DNA of 63,979 bases from Methanomicrobiales archaeon (GCA_013415565.1 JAAEET010000001.1:1-63979); one strand, 5' to 3'. Shown: positions 20,658 to 31,037, numbered from the stretch's first letter. The notes: generated from the letters alone by a model not told the origin. Numbers and translations: made by a program.

Positions 20658-21962
20658 CTAGTGCCCCGGTTCCTGCCAGGGAGGTGTTTCCATGGTGCGG
20701 GTCAGGTCCGCGATATCCTCGCCCCGCCGCATGAGGGCTGCTTTCCCGCCGTTCAGGATGACTTCCGGGCACCGCGGCCGGCTGTTGTACTGGGACGACA
20801 TGGCAAATCCGTACGCCCCGGCATCGAGAACGGCGATGAGATCCCCGGAAGCAAGTCCGGGGAGCATCCGGTCGTGCGCCAGGATGTCCCCGGTCTCGCA
20901 TATGGGCCCGGCGATGGTGTACAGAACCGTTCCGTCCCTGCCGGCTTTGTTTGCGGCGATCACCTCGTGCCATGAGTCGTACATTGCGGGCCTGACCAGG
21001 AGGTTGAACCCGGCATCCACGTTGACGAAGGTCCGGTGTGCCGGCTTGACTGAGTTGACGCCGGCAAGGAGGATGGTGGAATCGGCCACGAGCGACCTCC
21101 CCGGCTCGATCCAGAGTTCCGGGCTGATGCCTGCCTCGCGGATGCCCTCCCTGAACAGGGGCACGACCGCCCGGGCATAGTCATGGGGGCTGGGCGCGCG
21201 TTCCCCATCCCCGCGGTGGTAGGGAATGCCGAGGCCTCCGCCGAGGTCGACGAACTCGAGCCCGACTCCCAGGTCCGTGATCTCCCCGACGATCCTCATC
21301 ATCACCTCGCAGGCCCGTGCGAAGGGTTCAACGGCAAGGATCTGGGACCCGATGTGACAGTGGATCCCGACCGGATCGATATGCGGGCAGTCGAGGGCTT
21401 CCCGGTACGCGGAGGGAATGAGGTTGTGGGCGATCCCGAACTTGCTCGTTGCCAGGCCGGTGGCGATCTTCGGATGGGTGGGGACATCGATCGCGGGATT
21501 GACCCGGAACGCTATCCGGGCGGTCGTTCCGGCCAGAGCGGCGACGGCATCGAGCTGCCTGAGCTCGTCGAGAGAATCCACCGAGACCGGGACTTTCTTC
21601 TCCACGGCGAGGGCAAGGTCGGACCGGCTCTTTGAGCTCCCGTTGAAGAGCAGGGTTCCCGGCGGCATCCCCGCCGAGAGTGCGAGGTGGAGTTCACCGG
21701 AGGAGAAGACATCGGCCCCGGCCCCGAGACCTGCAAGGGTCCGGAGCACCGCGAGGTTCCCGTTCGCCTTCGCCGCATAGAGGATCCGCACCCGGGAATA
21801 TTCTGCAGTGAGGGCGTCCCGGTAGGCGGCGTAGCATGCGGCAATCCGGTCCTGGTCGGTCACGTAGAGCGGGGTTCCCCAGGTCCGTGCGAGGTCCGTC
21901 GTATCATGTTCCCCGATCCAGAGGTGGTCACCCCTGATGGTCAGGTGCGGCGGAAGGTTCAC
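20658..21962 (-). CDS. lysA: Diaminopimelate decarboxylase
   Basis: YAAKAN, HCHIGSQI, EPGRSLV, GPICETGD, GAYG..MSSQYNSRPR. Confidence 0.96.
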   Translation of the reverse strand: MNLPPHLTIRGDHLWIGEHDTTDLARTWGTPLYVTDQDRIAACYAAYRDALTAEYSRVRILYAAKANGNLAVLRTLAGLGAGADVFSSGELHLALSAGMPPGTLLFNGSSKSRSDLALAVEKKVPVSVDSLDELRQLDAVAALAGTTARIAFRVNPAIDVPTHPKIATGLATSKFGIAHNLIPSAYREALDCPHIDPVGIHCHIGSQILAVEPFARACEVMMRIVGEITDLGVGLEFVDLGGGLGIPYHRGDGERAPSPHDYARAVVPLFREGIREAGISPELWIEPGRSLVADSTILLAGVNSVKPAHRTFVNVDAGFNLLVRPAMYDSWHEVIAANKAGRDGTVLYTIAGPICETGDILAHDRMLPGLASGDLIAVLDAGAYGFAMSSQYNSRPRCPEVILNGGKAALMRRGEDIADLTRTMETPPWQEPGH

Positions 21963-23107
21963 CGGGAAAGCCTCCCCAGGCGGTCGATAGCTTCCCGGAT
22001 CCGGTCGGTCGAACGGGTGAGGGCGAACCGCACGTACCCGTCGCCACCGGCACCAAACCCGATACCCGGGGTGACCACGATACCGGCCTCCTCGAGGAGC
22101 CGGGCGGCGAACTGCATGCAGTCATCGACCGGCATCCAGACATAGAACGTGGCCTTCGGTGCCTCCACCGCATAGCCGAGCGACCGGAGCCCCGCAACCA
22201 GCGCATCCCGACGCTCCCCGTAGATGCGGCAGGCCTCCCGGACACAGTCCTGCGGACCGGAGAGCGCCGCGATCGCGGCGTGCTGGACGGCATCAAAAAC
22301 ACCGGAATCGACGTTGGTCTTGACCCGCCCGAGCCCGGCAACGATCCCGGCATTCCCGCAGACCATCCCGATCCGCCACCCGGTCATGTTGTAGGTCTTG
22401 GAGAGCGAATGCATCTCCACGGATACCTCCATGGCACCGCGGGTCGAGAGGAACGAGGGCGCCCGATAGCCGTCGTAGGCGATCTCGGAATACGCGTTGT
22501 CGTGGACGATGATCAGCCCGTTATCCGTGGCAAAGTCGACTGCCTCCCCGAAGAAGCCCGGGAGGGTGACCGCCGAGGTGGGGTTGTTCGGGTAGTTGAG
22601 GAACATCAGCCGGGCTTTCCGGGCCACCTCCCGGGGTATGGCCGAGAGATCGGGGAGGAAATTCCGTTCGGACCGGAGGGGCATCTCGTAGACCCTTCCC
22701 TCGGCAAAGAGGGTCGATGTCCGGTAGACCGGGTATCCCGGGCTCGGGACAAGGACATAGTCTCCGGGATTGATGAAGGCCTCGGGGATATGGGCGATGC
22801 CGTCCTTGGAGCCCATCAGGGCCAGGACTTCCTTCTTCGGGTCCAGGTTCACCCCGAAACGGGTTGCATACCAGCGGGCGACCGCGACCCGGTACTGTTC
22901 CATGCCGGCATACGAGGGATAGTGGTGGTTCCGGGGATCCTGTGCCGCCCGGCAGAGGGCGTCCACGATATGGGGAGGTGTCGGGAGATCGGGGTCCCCG
23001 ACACCGAAGTCGATCACGTCAACACCGCGTGCGATCTGGGCGGCCTTGAGTTCATCGATTCGCGCAAAGAGGTAGGGGGGGAGCTCCCCCATCCGTTCCG
23101 CGTACAT
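21959..23107 (-). CDS. dapL: LL-diaminopimelate aminotransferase
   Basis: PPYLFARID, NYPNNPT, DNAYSE, SLSKTYNMTGWRIG; coupled to lysA. Confidence 0.88.
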   Translation of the reverse strand: MYAERMGELPPYLFARIDELKAAQIARGVDVIDFGVGDPDLPTPPHIVDALCRAAQDPRNHHYPSYAGMEQYRVAVARWYATRFGVNLDPKKEVLALMGSKDGIAHIPEAFINPGDYVLVPSPGYPVYRTSTLFAEGRVYEMPLRSERNFLPDLSAIPREVARKARLMFLNYPNNPTSAVTLPGFFGEAVDFATDNGLIIVHDNAYSEIAYDGYRAPSFLSTRGAMEVSVEMHSLSKTYNMTGWRIGMVCGNAGIVAGLGRVKTNVDSGVFDAVQHAAIAALSGPQDCVREACRIYGERRDALVAGLRSLGYAVEAPKATFYVWMPVDDCMQFAARLLEEAGIVVTPGIGFGAGGDGYVRFALTRSTDRIREAIDRLGRLSR

Positions 23108-23217
23108 GCGGGTAATTATTCTTTTCCGGCACACATTAAGGTGACCTGCAGGGTAAACGAAATGAACCGAAGGAGTAAAATCTCCCGCCTCTCAATGGAG
23201 GGTAGGGAGACTCGGCC

Positions 23218-23535
23218 ATGCTGCAGGAACCGGTCATCATCTTCACTACCGCCAGCAGTGCAGAATCGGCTGGCATCGCGAAAACGCTCATCGAAGAACA
23301 TCTCGCCGCCTGCGTGAACGTCACCGGCGTGACCTCGTTCTACCGGTGGGAAGGGGAGTTCTGCCAGGATCAGGAGCACCTGCTCATCATCAAGACCACC
23401 CGGGACCGGGCCGATGCCGCGATGAGCCGGATCCGTGAGATTCACTCGTACGATCTTCCGGAGATGATCCTGCTGCCGGTGGCAGGGGGCTACCCCCCGT
23501 ACCTGCAGTGGGTGCGTGACGAGGTCCGGCAATGA
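23218..23535 (+). CDS. cutA: Divalent-cation tolerance protein CutA
   Basis: LAACVN, SFYRWEG, HSYDLPE, YLQWV. Confidence 0.93.
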   Translation: MLQEPVIIFTTASSAESAGIAKTLIEEHLAACVNVTGVTSFYRWEGEFCQDQEHLLIIKTTRDRADAAMSRIREIHSYDLPEMILLPVAGGYPPYLQWVRDEVRQ

Positions 23536-24302
23536 GCACATCGCGGTACACCGGGATCCAGGTCCGGGGGGAGGAGGTCGCCGCTATTGACGACACCATC
23601 GTACGCGAAGAGCGCTTCACCCTCTTCCTGAACGGTTCCCGGTTTCTCGACATGGTGGCAAGCAGGGAAAACCTGCGGGAGCTCGGGGCCGGGTTTGTCC
23701 TCTGCCAGGGTCTATCGACGTCGGTCGAATCCGTATCGGTCGAAGGAAACGAGATCCGGGTATCAGCACCGGTGGAGGAATCCTGTGAGCGCGAGATCGA
23801 GACAACCGGAACGGTAGGATTCATCTGCCGTCCTCCCGAACCCGTACGATCCGGCTGCACCATCACCATTCCCGATGTCTTTGCCATCACCCGGGAGATC
23901 GTGACCGATCTCTGGCGCCAGACCGGGGGAGTCCACTGTTCGGTCCTGGCGAGGGACGGGGAGATCCTGTTCCGGGCAAGCGATGTCGGGAGGCACAACA
24001 CCGTCGACAAGGTGATCGGGTATGCCGTGCTGCATGGTATCGATCTCTCTTCCTGTATCGTGGGCTGCACGGGAAGACAGCCCCGGGACATGGTGATCAA
24101 GTACGCCAATGCCGGGGTCCCGATCGTCATCTCCCGGGCGGCATCGACCGATCGGGGGATTGCGACCGCAGACGAGCTCGGGATCACCCTGATCTGTTTC
24201 TCCCGCGATGAACGGTTCACGGTCTATACGCATCCCTGGAGGGTACGGGGTATCGGCCCGGAATCTTCCTCCGGCGATCCCGGATATCGGAAAAGCACTT
24301 GA
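23532..24302 (+). CDS. fdhD: Formate dehydrogenase accessory sulfurtransferase
   Basis: TGGVH, DVGRHNTVDKVIG, TGRQPRDMV. Confidence 0.9.
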   Translation: MSTSRYTGIQVRGEEVAAIDDTIVREERFTLFLNGSRFLDMVASRENLRELGAGFVLCQGLSTSVESVSVEGNEIRVSAPVEESCEREIETTGTVGFICRPPEPVRSGCTITIPDVFAITREIVTDLWRQTGGVHCSVLARDGEILFRASDVGRHNTVDKVIGYAVLHGIDLSSCIVGCTGRQPRDMVIKYANAGVPIVISRAASTDRGIATADELGITLICFSRDERFTVYTHPWRVRGIGPESSSGDPGYRKST

Positions 24303-24329
24303 AGGAAGGTGCACAATGGAGGTACTGAC

Positions 24330-24812
24330 ATGAGCGGAGAGAAAGGAGCGGAAGGGAAGCGGGCGGTCCTGGTTCTCGGATGTCCGCAGGTGCCGATTCA
24401 GACCAGCATCGCCCTCTACCTTGCGGCACATCTCAGAAAGAAGGGCGTCGAACCGGTTATTGCCGGAAACCGGGCTGCCCGCCTGAATGCCGAAGTATCC
24501 GACCCCGACCGCCACTATACCGGATCGGTCATGGACATCGATCGGTTCATCGAGGATCTCGCTGACGCGAAGATCCGGTTTGACTACTATTTCATCTTCA
24601 TCCACAACGATGCGGGGATCAGCTACGCGGCAACGGTCCAGTCCATTACCGGCGCCACGGTCGTCGCCCTTATTTATGGCGAACACTTCCAGGATATGGC
24701 CGATGCCATCGAGTTTCCCTGCGAGAAGATCGCGGCAAAGGCGGTGCACAACCCCATGCCGCTGAAGAAGAAGATCGACGAGGTGCTGCCATGGGTTGTA
24801 TCGAATCTCTGA
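24330..24812 (+). CDS. DUF1890-family methanogen protein
   Basis: LGCPQVPIQT, FIHNDAGISYA, AVHNPMPL. Confidence 0.85.
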   Translation: MSGEKGAEGKRAVLVLGCPQVPIQTSIALYLAAHLRKKGVEPVIAGNRAARLNAEVSDPDRHYTGSVMDIDRFIEDLADAKIRFDYYFIFIHNDAGISYAATVQSITGATVVALIYGEHFQDMADAIEFPCEKIAAKAVHNPMPLKKKIDEVLPWVVSNL

Positions 24813-25078
24813 AATACGAGATCATCCTGCGGGGTGCCAGTTTCAAGGAGTGCCGCGACTATGTCCGGACCCACTGCAGCGAATACTACGATGTCAAGCC
24901 CGGCTTCCGTATCTTTGAAAAGGCGGTGATCGGCGTTCCCCCGATCTCGGTCGGGCTTGACGGCGATACGGTCACCTTCCCCTACACCAAGCCCTGCTAC
25001 GGGACCTTCCTGATGCGGATCGATGACCATGAGGAAGCGGAACGGATCAGGCGTATTGCTCCCGGAAAGAAGAAATAA
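24791..25078 (+). CDS. DUF1894-family methanogen protein
   Basis: MGCIESLKYEI, SFKEC, FPYTKPCYGTF. Confidence 0.85.
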   Translation: MGCIESLKYEIILRGASFKECRDYVRTHCSEYYDVKPGFRIFEKAVIGVPPISVGLDGDTVTFPYTKPCYGTFLMRIDDHEEAERIRRIAPGKKK

Positions 25079-25168
25079 AAGATATTATCTCTCCTTTTTC
25101 TGAAATACCCCGAATTCCCGGAATATATATCAGCTCTCCCGGTTACCAGAGGATCAGGAGGAGGTTGT

Positions 25169-26815
25169 ATGGCTGACCTGTCGGTTCTCACCGGGGGCAG
25201 AGCCGGAGATGGTATCAACAGTGCCGGGCTGCTCGTCTCCCATCTCCTGAACCGGATGGGATACTCCACGTACATGTACTTCGACTACCCGTCCCTCATC
25301 AAGGGCGGGCACAACTTCACCATCACCCGGGCGGCTGACATGCCGGTCGGGGCATGCCGGGAAAAGGTCGATATCGTGCTGGCCCTGAACCAGGACACGA
25401 TCGATCTCCATCGTGACCTCATGCACGATCGCACGGTGGTGATCTATGACAGCGGAAAAGCGACCGCAGACGGACAGGGAGTCCCGGTGGAGGAGATCCT
25501 GAAGGAAGAGCAGGCGCCGCCGGTGATGGGCAATTCGTGCATGATCGGGGCTTTCGCCGGTGCCGCCGGGATTCCGTTCACGATCGTGGAGGAGGTCTTC
25601 GGGACCCAGATCCCGCGGGGGCTCGAAAAGAACCTCGCCGTCGCCAGGAGGGGATACGGATCTGCCACCCGGGTACTGCATATCGATCGCGGGCATGAAG
25701 GGCCGTTTTCGCTCCTCTCCGGGAACGAGGCAATCGGCCTCGGCCTCCTGCACGGCGGCCTCGATGCTTATGTCGCCTACCCGATGACCCCGACCTCGAA
25801 CCTCCTCCATTTCCTGGCCGGGGTGGCAGAAGATCACCCCCTGACCGTCGTGCACCCGGAGAACGAGATATCGGTCATCCTGATGGCCCATGGCCTGGCC
25901 TATGCCGGGAAGCGGACGGCGGTCGGAACTTCGGGGGGCGGGTTCTGCCTGATGACCGAGAGCTTCTCCATGGCCGGGACCAACGAGGTACCGCTGGTGG
26001 TGGTCATGGGCCAGCGGACCGGTCCGAGCACCGGCCTTCCCACCTATACCGGGCAGACCGATCTCCACTTCATGCTCCATGCCGGGCAGGGCGAGTTCCC
26101 CCGCCTGGTTGTGGCTCCCGGGGATATCACCCAGGCATGTGCCTGGTCGGCGCGGGCCCTCTCGCTTGCCTGGACCTGCCAGGTTCCGGCAATCATCCTG
26201 GTCGACAAAACCCTCTGCGAAGGAATCGCCCCGCTGCGTGACGGGGCGTTTCCGCCGTTGCCGGATGAAAACCACGATGTGCCTGCCGGCGGCCGGTACC
26301 GGCGGTATACCATAACCGCGAGCGGGATCTCGCCGATGCTCCATCCGCCGGTTCCCGGATCGGCGGTGAAGGCAAACAGCTACATCCACGATGAGGCGGG
26401 AATCACCACCGAGCGGGCAGATGTCACCGTCCGCATGACCGAAAAGCGGCTCAGGAAGGGGGAGAGCCTTCTCCACGAGATCATGCGCCTGGACCCGGTG
26501 GAACGCTCGGGCAGGGAGGGGGCTTCCATCACCCTCCTGTGCTGGGGCTCAACGCTGCCGGTCTGCCGTGAAGTTGCCGGGAACCTGGACTTCCGGGTTG
26601 TCCAGCCGGTTGTGCTCTCCCCGTTTCCCGGCGAACAGCTGAAAAGAGCGCTCTCGGGGGCGGAACAGATCGTAGCGGTCGAGGAGAATGCGCTCGGCCA
26701 GCTCGCGATGCTCTGCGCCCGAAACGGGATCACGGTCGACACATCCGTCCGGAAGATTGACGGCCGGCCGTTCGCCGTCGAAGAATTGGAACGACGGATC
26801 CTGGAGGTGGCATGA
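25169..26815 (+). CDS. 2-oxoacid:ferredoxin oxidoreductase alpha subunit (gamma-alpha fusion)
   Basis: GGRAGDG, SLIKGGHN, YPMTP, TSGGGF.LMTE, RTGPSTGLPT. Confidence 0.92.
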   Translation: MADLSVLTGGRAGDGINSAGLLVSHLLNRMGYSTYMYFDYPSLIKGGHNFTITRAADMPVGACREKVDIVLALNQDTIDLHRDLMHDRTVVIYDSGKATADGQGVPVEEILKEEQAPPVMGNSCMIGAFAGAAGIPFTIVEEVFGTQIPRGLEKNLAVARRGYGSATRVLHIDRGHEGPFSLLSGNEAIGLGLLHGGLDAYVAYPMTPTSNLLHFLAGVAEDHPLTVVHPENEISVILMAHGLAYAGKRTAVGTSGGGFCLMTESFSMAGTNEVPLVVVMGQRTGPSTGLPTYTGQTDLHFMLHAGQGEFPRLVVAPGDITQACAWSARALSLAWTCQVPAIILVDKTLCEGIAPLRDGAFPPLPDENHDVPAGGRYRRYTITASGISPMLHPPVPGSAVKANSYIHDEAGITTERADVTVRMTEKRLRKGESLLHEIMRLDPVERSGREGASITLLCWGSTLPVCREVAGNLDFRVVQPVVLSPFPGEQLKRALSGAEQIVAVEENALGQLAMLCARNGITVDTSVRKIDGRPFAVEELERRILEVA

Positions 26816-27666
26816 TGGCGGAGCGGACCCTGATCACCGGGACACAGAACACCTGGTGCCCGGGATGCGGTAACTTCACCATCCAGTTCGCGCTCCGCAA
26901 CGCCATCCAGAAGCTTGCCGACGAGGGTGTTCCCCTGGAAACCATCGTGCTGGTGACCGGGATCGGGTGCCATGCCAAGATGGCCGATTACCTGGACATC
27001 AACAGCTTCTACTCCATTCACGGACGGACCATTCCCGTCGCTACCGGGATCAAGCTCGCCAACCCGGAGCTGACCGTGCTCTGCTGTGCCGGTGACGGTG
27101 ATGCCTATGCCGAAGGACTGGATCACCTGGTCTTTGCCGCAAAGCGCAATTCCGACATCACCGTCATCGTGCACAACAACCGGGTATACGGGCTGACCAC
27201 CGGCCAGTATACTCCTACCTCGCCGCTCGGTTTCAGGGGCCGCTCCACGCCGGGCGGAACCATCGAGCCGCCGTTCAACCCCCTCTCGCTGATGCTGACC
27301 AGCGGAGCAGGCTTCATCGCCCGGGGCACCACCCGGCGGATGAAGGAACTTGAGGACCTGATCTCCCGGGGACTGCGATACCGGGGATTTGCCTTCATCG
27401 ATGTGCTCCAGATCTGTGCCAGCTACTTTAACGTCGGTGAGCTCTATGACCGGCAGGGCTACGCCCTCTCCGGTCATGACCCGGCAGATTTTGAAGCGGC
27501 ATGCCGGAAGGCGGAGGAATGGGACTACAACAGGGACGCCCCGATTGGATTCGGCCTCTTCTACCGGCAGGAAAAACCGGTCTTCGAGGAGCAGTTCGAC
27601 CATCGACGGCTGACGGCGGCGGACCGCGAGGATATGATCCGGGCGATCCTCGCTGCGAAACGGTGA
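26812..27666 (+). CDS. 2-oxoacid:ferredoxin oxidoreductase beta subunit
   Basis: WCPGCG, GIGC, HGR, TPP motif GDGD...NNRVYGLTTGQ. Confidence 0.93.
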   Translation: MMAERTLITGTQNTWCPGCGNFTIQFALRNAIQKLADEGVPLETIVLVTGIGCHAKMADYLDINSFYSIHGRTIPVATGIKLANPELTVLCCAGDGDAYAEGLDHLVFAAKRNSDITVIVHNNRVYGLTTGQYTPTSPLGFRGRSTPGGTIEPPFNPLSLMLTSGAGFIARGTTRRMKELEDLISRGLRYRGFAFIDVLQICASYFNVGELYDRQGYALSGHDPADFEAACRKAEEWDYNRDAPIGFGLFYRQEKPVFEEQFDHRRLTAADREDMIRAILAAKR

Positions 27667-27681
27667 CGGAGGCAACGGGAG

Positions 27682-28041
27682 ATGTGGGAGCAAAACCTCT
27701 TTGAAATGGTAAAAGAGCATCTCTGTTCCTGCTCTGCCAATCCCGCCCTATCCCCGAATATCGAAGCTGTCCTGAAGATGCCGATGCGGGAGCTGCATGT
27801 CTCGATCCCGGTCAGGATGGATGACGGCTCGATCCGGGCTTTCCAGGGATTGCGGGTCCAGTACAATGATGCGCCCGGGCCGACCAAGGGAGGGATCCGC
27901 CGCCTCGAGAAGAAGATGACAGAAGCGTACCGTTCGATGCGGGATCTCGCCTCCCGGAACAATGTCCCGATGCGCCAGGCGGCCTCCTCTATTGCCGTCG
28001 GGCGGGTGGTGCGGGCGATGCAGCTGCCGGGGTGGATCTGA
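27682..28041 (+). pseudogene. gdhA: Glutamate dehydrogenase with large in-frame internal deletion
   Basis: N-terminal VSIPVRMDDGS...GPTKGGIR joined directly to C-terminal RLEKKMTEAY...MRQAA..IAV.RVVRAM..GWI; 119 aa against roughly 415 expected. Confidence 0.85.
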
Positions 28042-28149
28042 CGGGGCTGCACCCGATCATCCTCACCGTCTCCTGACGGTCCCCTGGCAGGAAGCGATGG
28101 TTTATAAGGATCCTTCGAAAGAGAGTACTGGAAACGGGGAGAGACCGGT

Positions 28150-28749
28150 ATGACCGGAACGGTGATTACGCCAGAGTTCTTTTCGTGGGTGATTCTCCCC
28201 CTCATGATCTTTTTCTTCCGCATCTGTGACGTCAGTCTCGGTACCCTCCGGGTCATCTTCATCGCCCGGGGCCTGAAGTACATCGCACCGGTGATCGGAT
28301 TCTTCGAGGTCATCATCTGGCTGCTTGCCATCGGGCAGGTGATGAGCAACGTCACCAATGTCGCCTCCTATATCGCCTACGGCGGAGGGTTTGCCGCCGG
28401 TACGTTCATCGGGATGAAAGTCGAGGAAAAGCTCCGCCTGGGGACCGTGGTTGTCAGGGTGATATCTCCCGATGATGTCACCCCGCTGGTCTCCTACCTG
28501 CGGCAGCGGAGCTTCGGCGTCACCATCGCCGACGGCGAGGGATCCAAGGGGAAGGTGAAGATCATCCTCTCGGTGATCAAGCGGCAGGATCTCGATGAAG
28601 TCATCCGGGGGGTCCGGGACTATCTCCCGAAGGCATTCTACTCGGTGGAGGAGATCAAATCGGTAGCCGACGGGGTGTTCCCCCAGAAGCGGTCGCTCTT
28701 CCTCTTCGGGTACCGCGATCCCTTCGGATATTTCCGGAAGGGTAAATGA
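28150..28749 (+). CDS. UPF0316 / DUF2179 membrane protein
   Basis: RICDVSLGTLR, GFFEVIIWL, AYGGGFAAGTFIG, EEKLRLG; C-terminal PII-like region. Confidence 0.88.
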   Translation: MTGTVITPEFFSWVILPLMIFFFRICDVSLGTLRVIFIARGLKYIAPVIGFFEVIIWLLAIGQVMSNVTNVASYIAYGGGFAAGTFIGMKVEEKLRLGTVVVRVISPDDVTPLVSYLRQRSFGVTIADGEGSKGKVKIILSVIKRQDLDEVIRGVRDYLPKAFYSVEEIKSVADGVFPQKRSLFLFGYRDPFGYFRKGK

Positions 28750-28767
28750 AAAGAGGGGGCCGGTTTC

Positions 28768-29943
28768 CTAGCCGGTCGCGCTCGAATCGTCGGAAATCCT
28801 CCCCCGGAACGGGAAGTCCGGGAGATCCTCGTCCTCGTTGCCCGCGATCCTGCAGTCATCGATGAGCTCCTCGTAATCATCGAACCAGTACGCCGAGGGA
28901 TTGCTCCGGAATGCCATGAACCGTCCCATATCCGACGGATGTGCGGCCTGGTGGTACTTGAAGAAGACGGCATCGGCAGTCCGGCCGACGACCTCGATCT
29001 TGCCGGTGGCATGCGACATCACGAACCGGGCACGCTTGGCGAGCCCCGAGCAGCTTGCCTTGGCCCGTTCGAATATCTCATAGGCTTCTTCGAGCGGCAG
29101 CTCGAAGAGCCGGTTACCGAGCGTCGGGCGGCACTGGAAGACATAGTAGGGGGGTACGCCGATGAAGGAGAGCTTCCGGAAGAGTTCGGTCAGGACTTCC
29201 GGGTCGCTGTTGATGCCGCGGAGGAGCGGGGTCTGGTTGACGATGATCGCCCCTGCATCGCGGAGGAGATCGAGGGCCTCGACTGCCTGGGGAGTGAGTT
29301 CGCGGGGGTGATTGAAGTGGGCCATGATGTAGATCCGCTTCTCCCTGGTTGAATACGTCCGGATCATCTCCAAGAGCGAGGGATCATTCAGGATCCGGTA
29401 GGGATTGAAGGCCACCATCTTGCTCCCGATCCTGATGATCCCCACGTGGTCGATCGAGCGGAGAGCGCTGATCAGCGACTCGAGCCGGCTGGTCGCAAGG
29501 ATCAGGGGGTCACCCCCGGTAACCAGGACATTGGTGATCTCGGGATGGTTCCTGATGTACGTGATACCCTGTGAATAGTCGCGGATGACTTCATCGGCCC
29601 CGTTCATGAAGAGCCGTTTCCGGAAACAGAACCGGCAGAACGAGCCGCAGACATCCACCGCGAGGAAGAGGGCGGTCTGGGGATACTTGTGCTGCACTCC
29701 CGGGGCGACGGTGTAGGTCTTTTCGGACGAGGCATCAAGAGCCCCCCAGTCCTCAAGCTCCCGGGGGTCCGGGACCACGATCTTCCTGATGGGATCCTCC
29801 GGATCGTCCCAGTCGATGAGCGAGGCGTAGTACTCGTTTGTTCTGAAGGCAAACTTCCGGGTGACCTTCCCGAGGCATTCACGCTCCGCTGGCACGAGCC
29901 CTTCGAGCCGGTCGAGTGTGGTGAGATAGTGTGGATTCTTCAT
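28768..29943 (-). CDS. KamA-family radical SAM protein (lysine 2,3-aminomutase-like)
   Basis: CGSFCRFCFRKR, TGGDPL, HFNHPRE, NQTPLLRGIN, PYYVFQCRP. Confidence 0.9.
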   Translation of the reverse strand: MKNPHYLTTLDRLEGLVPAERECLGKVTRKFAFRTNEYYASLIDWDDPEDPIRKIVVPDPRELEDWGALDASSEKTYTVAPGVQHKYPQTALFLAVDVCGSFCRFCFRKRLFMNGADEVIRDYSQGITYIRNHPEITNVLVTGGDPLILATSRLESLISALRSIDHVGIIRIGSKMVAFNPYRILNDPSLLEMIRTYSTREKRIYIMAHFNHPRELTPQAVEALDLLRDAGAIIVNQTPLLRGINSDPEVLTELFRKLSFIGVPPYYVFQCRPTLGNRLFELPLEEAYEIFERAKASCSGLAKRARFVMSHATGKIEVVGRTADAVFFKYHQAAHPSDMGRFMAFRSNPSAYWFDDYEELIDDCRIAGNEDEDLPDFPFRGRISDDSSATG

Positions 29944-30555
29944 GGCCGGCACCTCCGTGAAAGCTGCTCCGGGCTCCGGTCCGGCCAGAGTCTGGATCCC
30001 CGTGAAAACTGTCCTTATCCACGTGACGGGCCGTTGTGAAGCCAGGATGAAACGGTTTTATAAACGCAATACTAGTATTTAATTATTACTTTCCCTGAAA
30101 GGATATATCCCCCATATTTTTGCCCGAATTCTTCCTGATTATGATTGCGCGGCGGCATTCCGGCCGGTTGCAGGGTACTTCCTACGATATCTTCAGTTCT
30201 CGTATCGCTGTTTTCCGGTACGGTGAATAGAGATGGACAAATTCGAACAGACGACGGACACAATGGCGAAGATGAGGTGACCGGATCGGGTTTCCGCCTC
30301 CGATCCTCCTTCCCTCATTTCCGGATCGTTCACTTTCGCCCTGCAGAGAGGGCTTTTTTCCCGGATCGCACGCATAAAAGGAGGTGTCCCATCCCCGGTA
30401 TACCGGGATGCGGACACCAGGGGTTCGTCCGGCCGGTGAACGGGAACTTCTTCCACCGGCCGGGCATCGCTGACGAATACCGGTTCCGGAGATCCATGGC
30501 TGCGTATGCAACCAGTTTTATTTCCCTCCATCCTGACAGTTGTGCTGATCGATCC

Positions 30556-31035
30556 ATGTCAGAGAAACCAGACGATGCCATGAGGGGAAAACCCGCTCCC
30601 CTGTTCTGCTTGCCGGATGCCGCCGAAGCAACGGTGTGCCTCAAGGATCTCGCCGGAAAATGGGTCGTGGTCTACTTCTACCCCCGCGACAATACCCCCG
30701 GCTGCACCATCGAGGCGAGGGGTTTTTCCGATGCGGTGGACGAATTTGCCGCATTCGGGGCAGAAATCATCGGGATAAGCGCCGACACCGTTGACAGCCA
30801 CCGGAAATTTGCCGAGAAACAGAACCTCAGGTTCAGGATCCTCTCGGATGCGAGCCGCGAGGTGCTGCGGTCCTATGGAGTACTGAAGGGCGGGAACATT
30901 CTCGGCGGCATCGAGCGGAGCACGTTCCTCATCGGCCCCGACGGCCTGGTTTCCGTCGTTTGGCGGAACGTGAACGTCTTCCGGCATGTCGGCGAGGTAC
31001 GGGAGAAGCTGAAAGAACTGACCGGTGCCGGCTGA
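30556..31035 (+). CDS. bcp: Peroxiredoxin, BCP/PrxQ type
   Basis: YFYPRDNTPGCTIEA, GISAD, ERSTFLI. Confidence 0.9.
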   Translation: MSEKPDDAMRGKPAPLFCLPDAAEATVCLKDLAGKWVVVYFYPRDNTPGCTIEARGFSDAVDEFAAFGAEIIGISADTVDSHRKFAEKQNLRFRILSDASREVLRSYGVLKGGNILGGIERSTFLIGPDGLVSVVWRNVNVFRHVGEVREKLKELTGAG

Positions 31036-31037
31036 GA

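Noticed and set aside
23532..24302. FdhD lacking the CGxC motif as a pseudogene
   Set aside because: Other motifs and length are intact; this Cys loop varies among homologs
30145..30555. Long N-terminal extensions on bcp (also HAD 32490-32765, MBL 34157-34330, PNPOx 35392-35775, mutS 38562-38840)
   Set aside because: Extensions are not protein-like; family motifs begin at downstream ATGs
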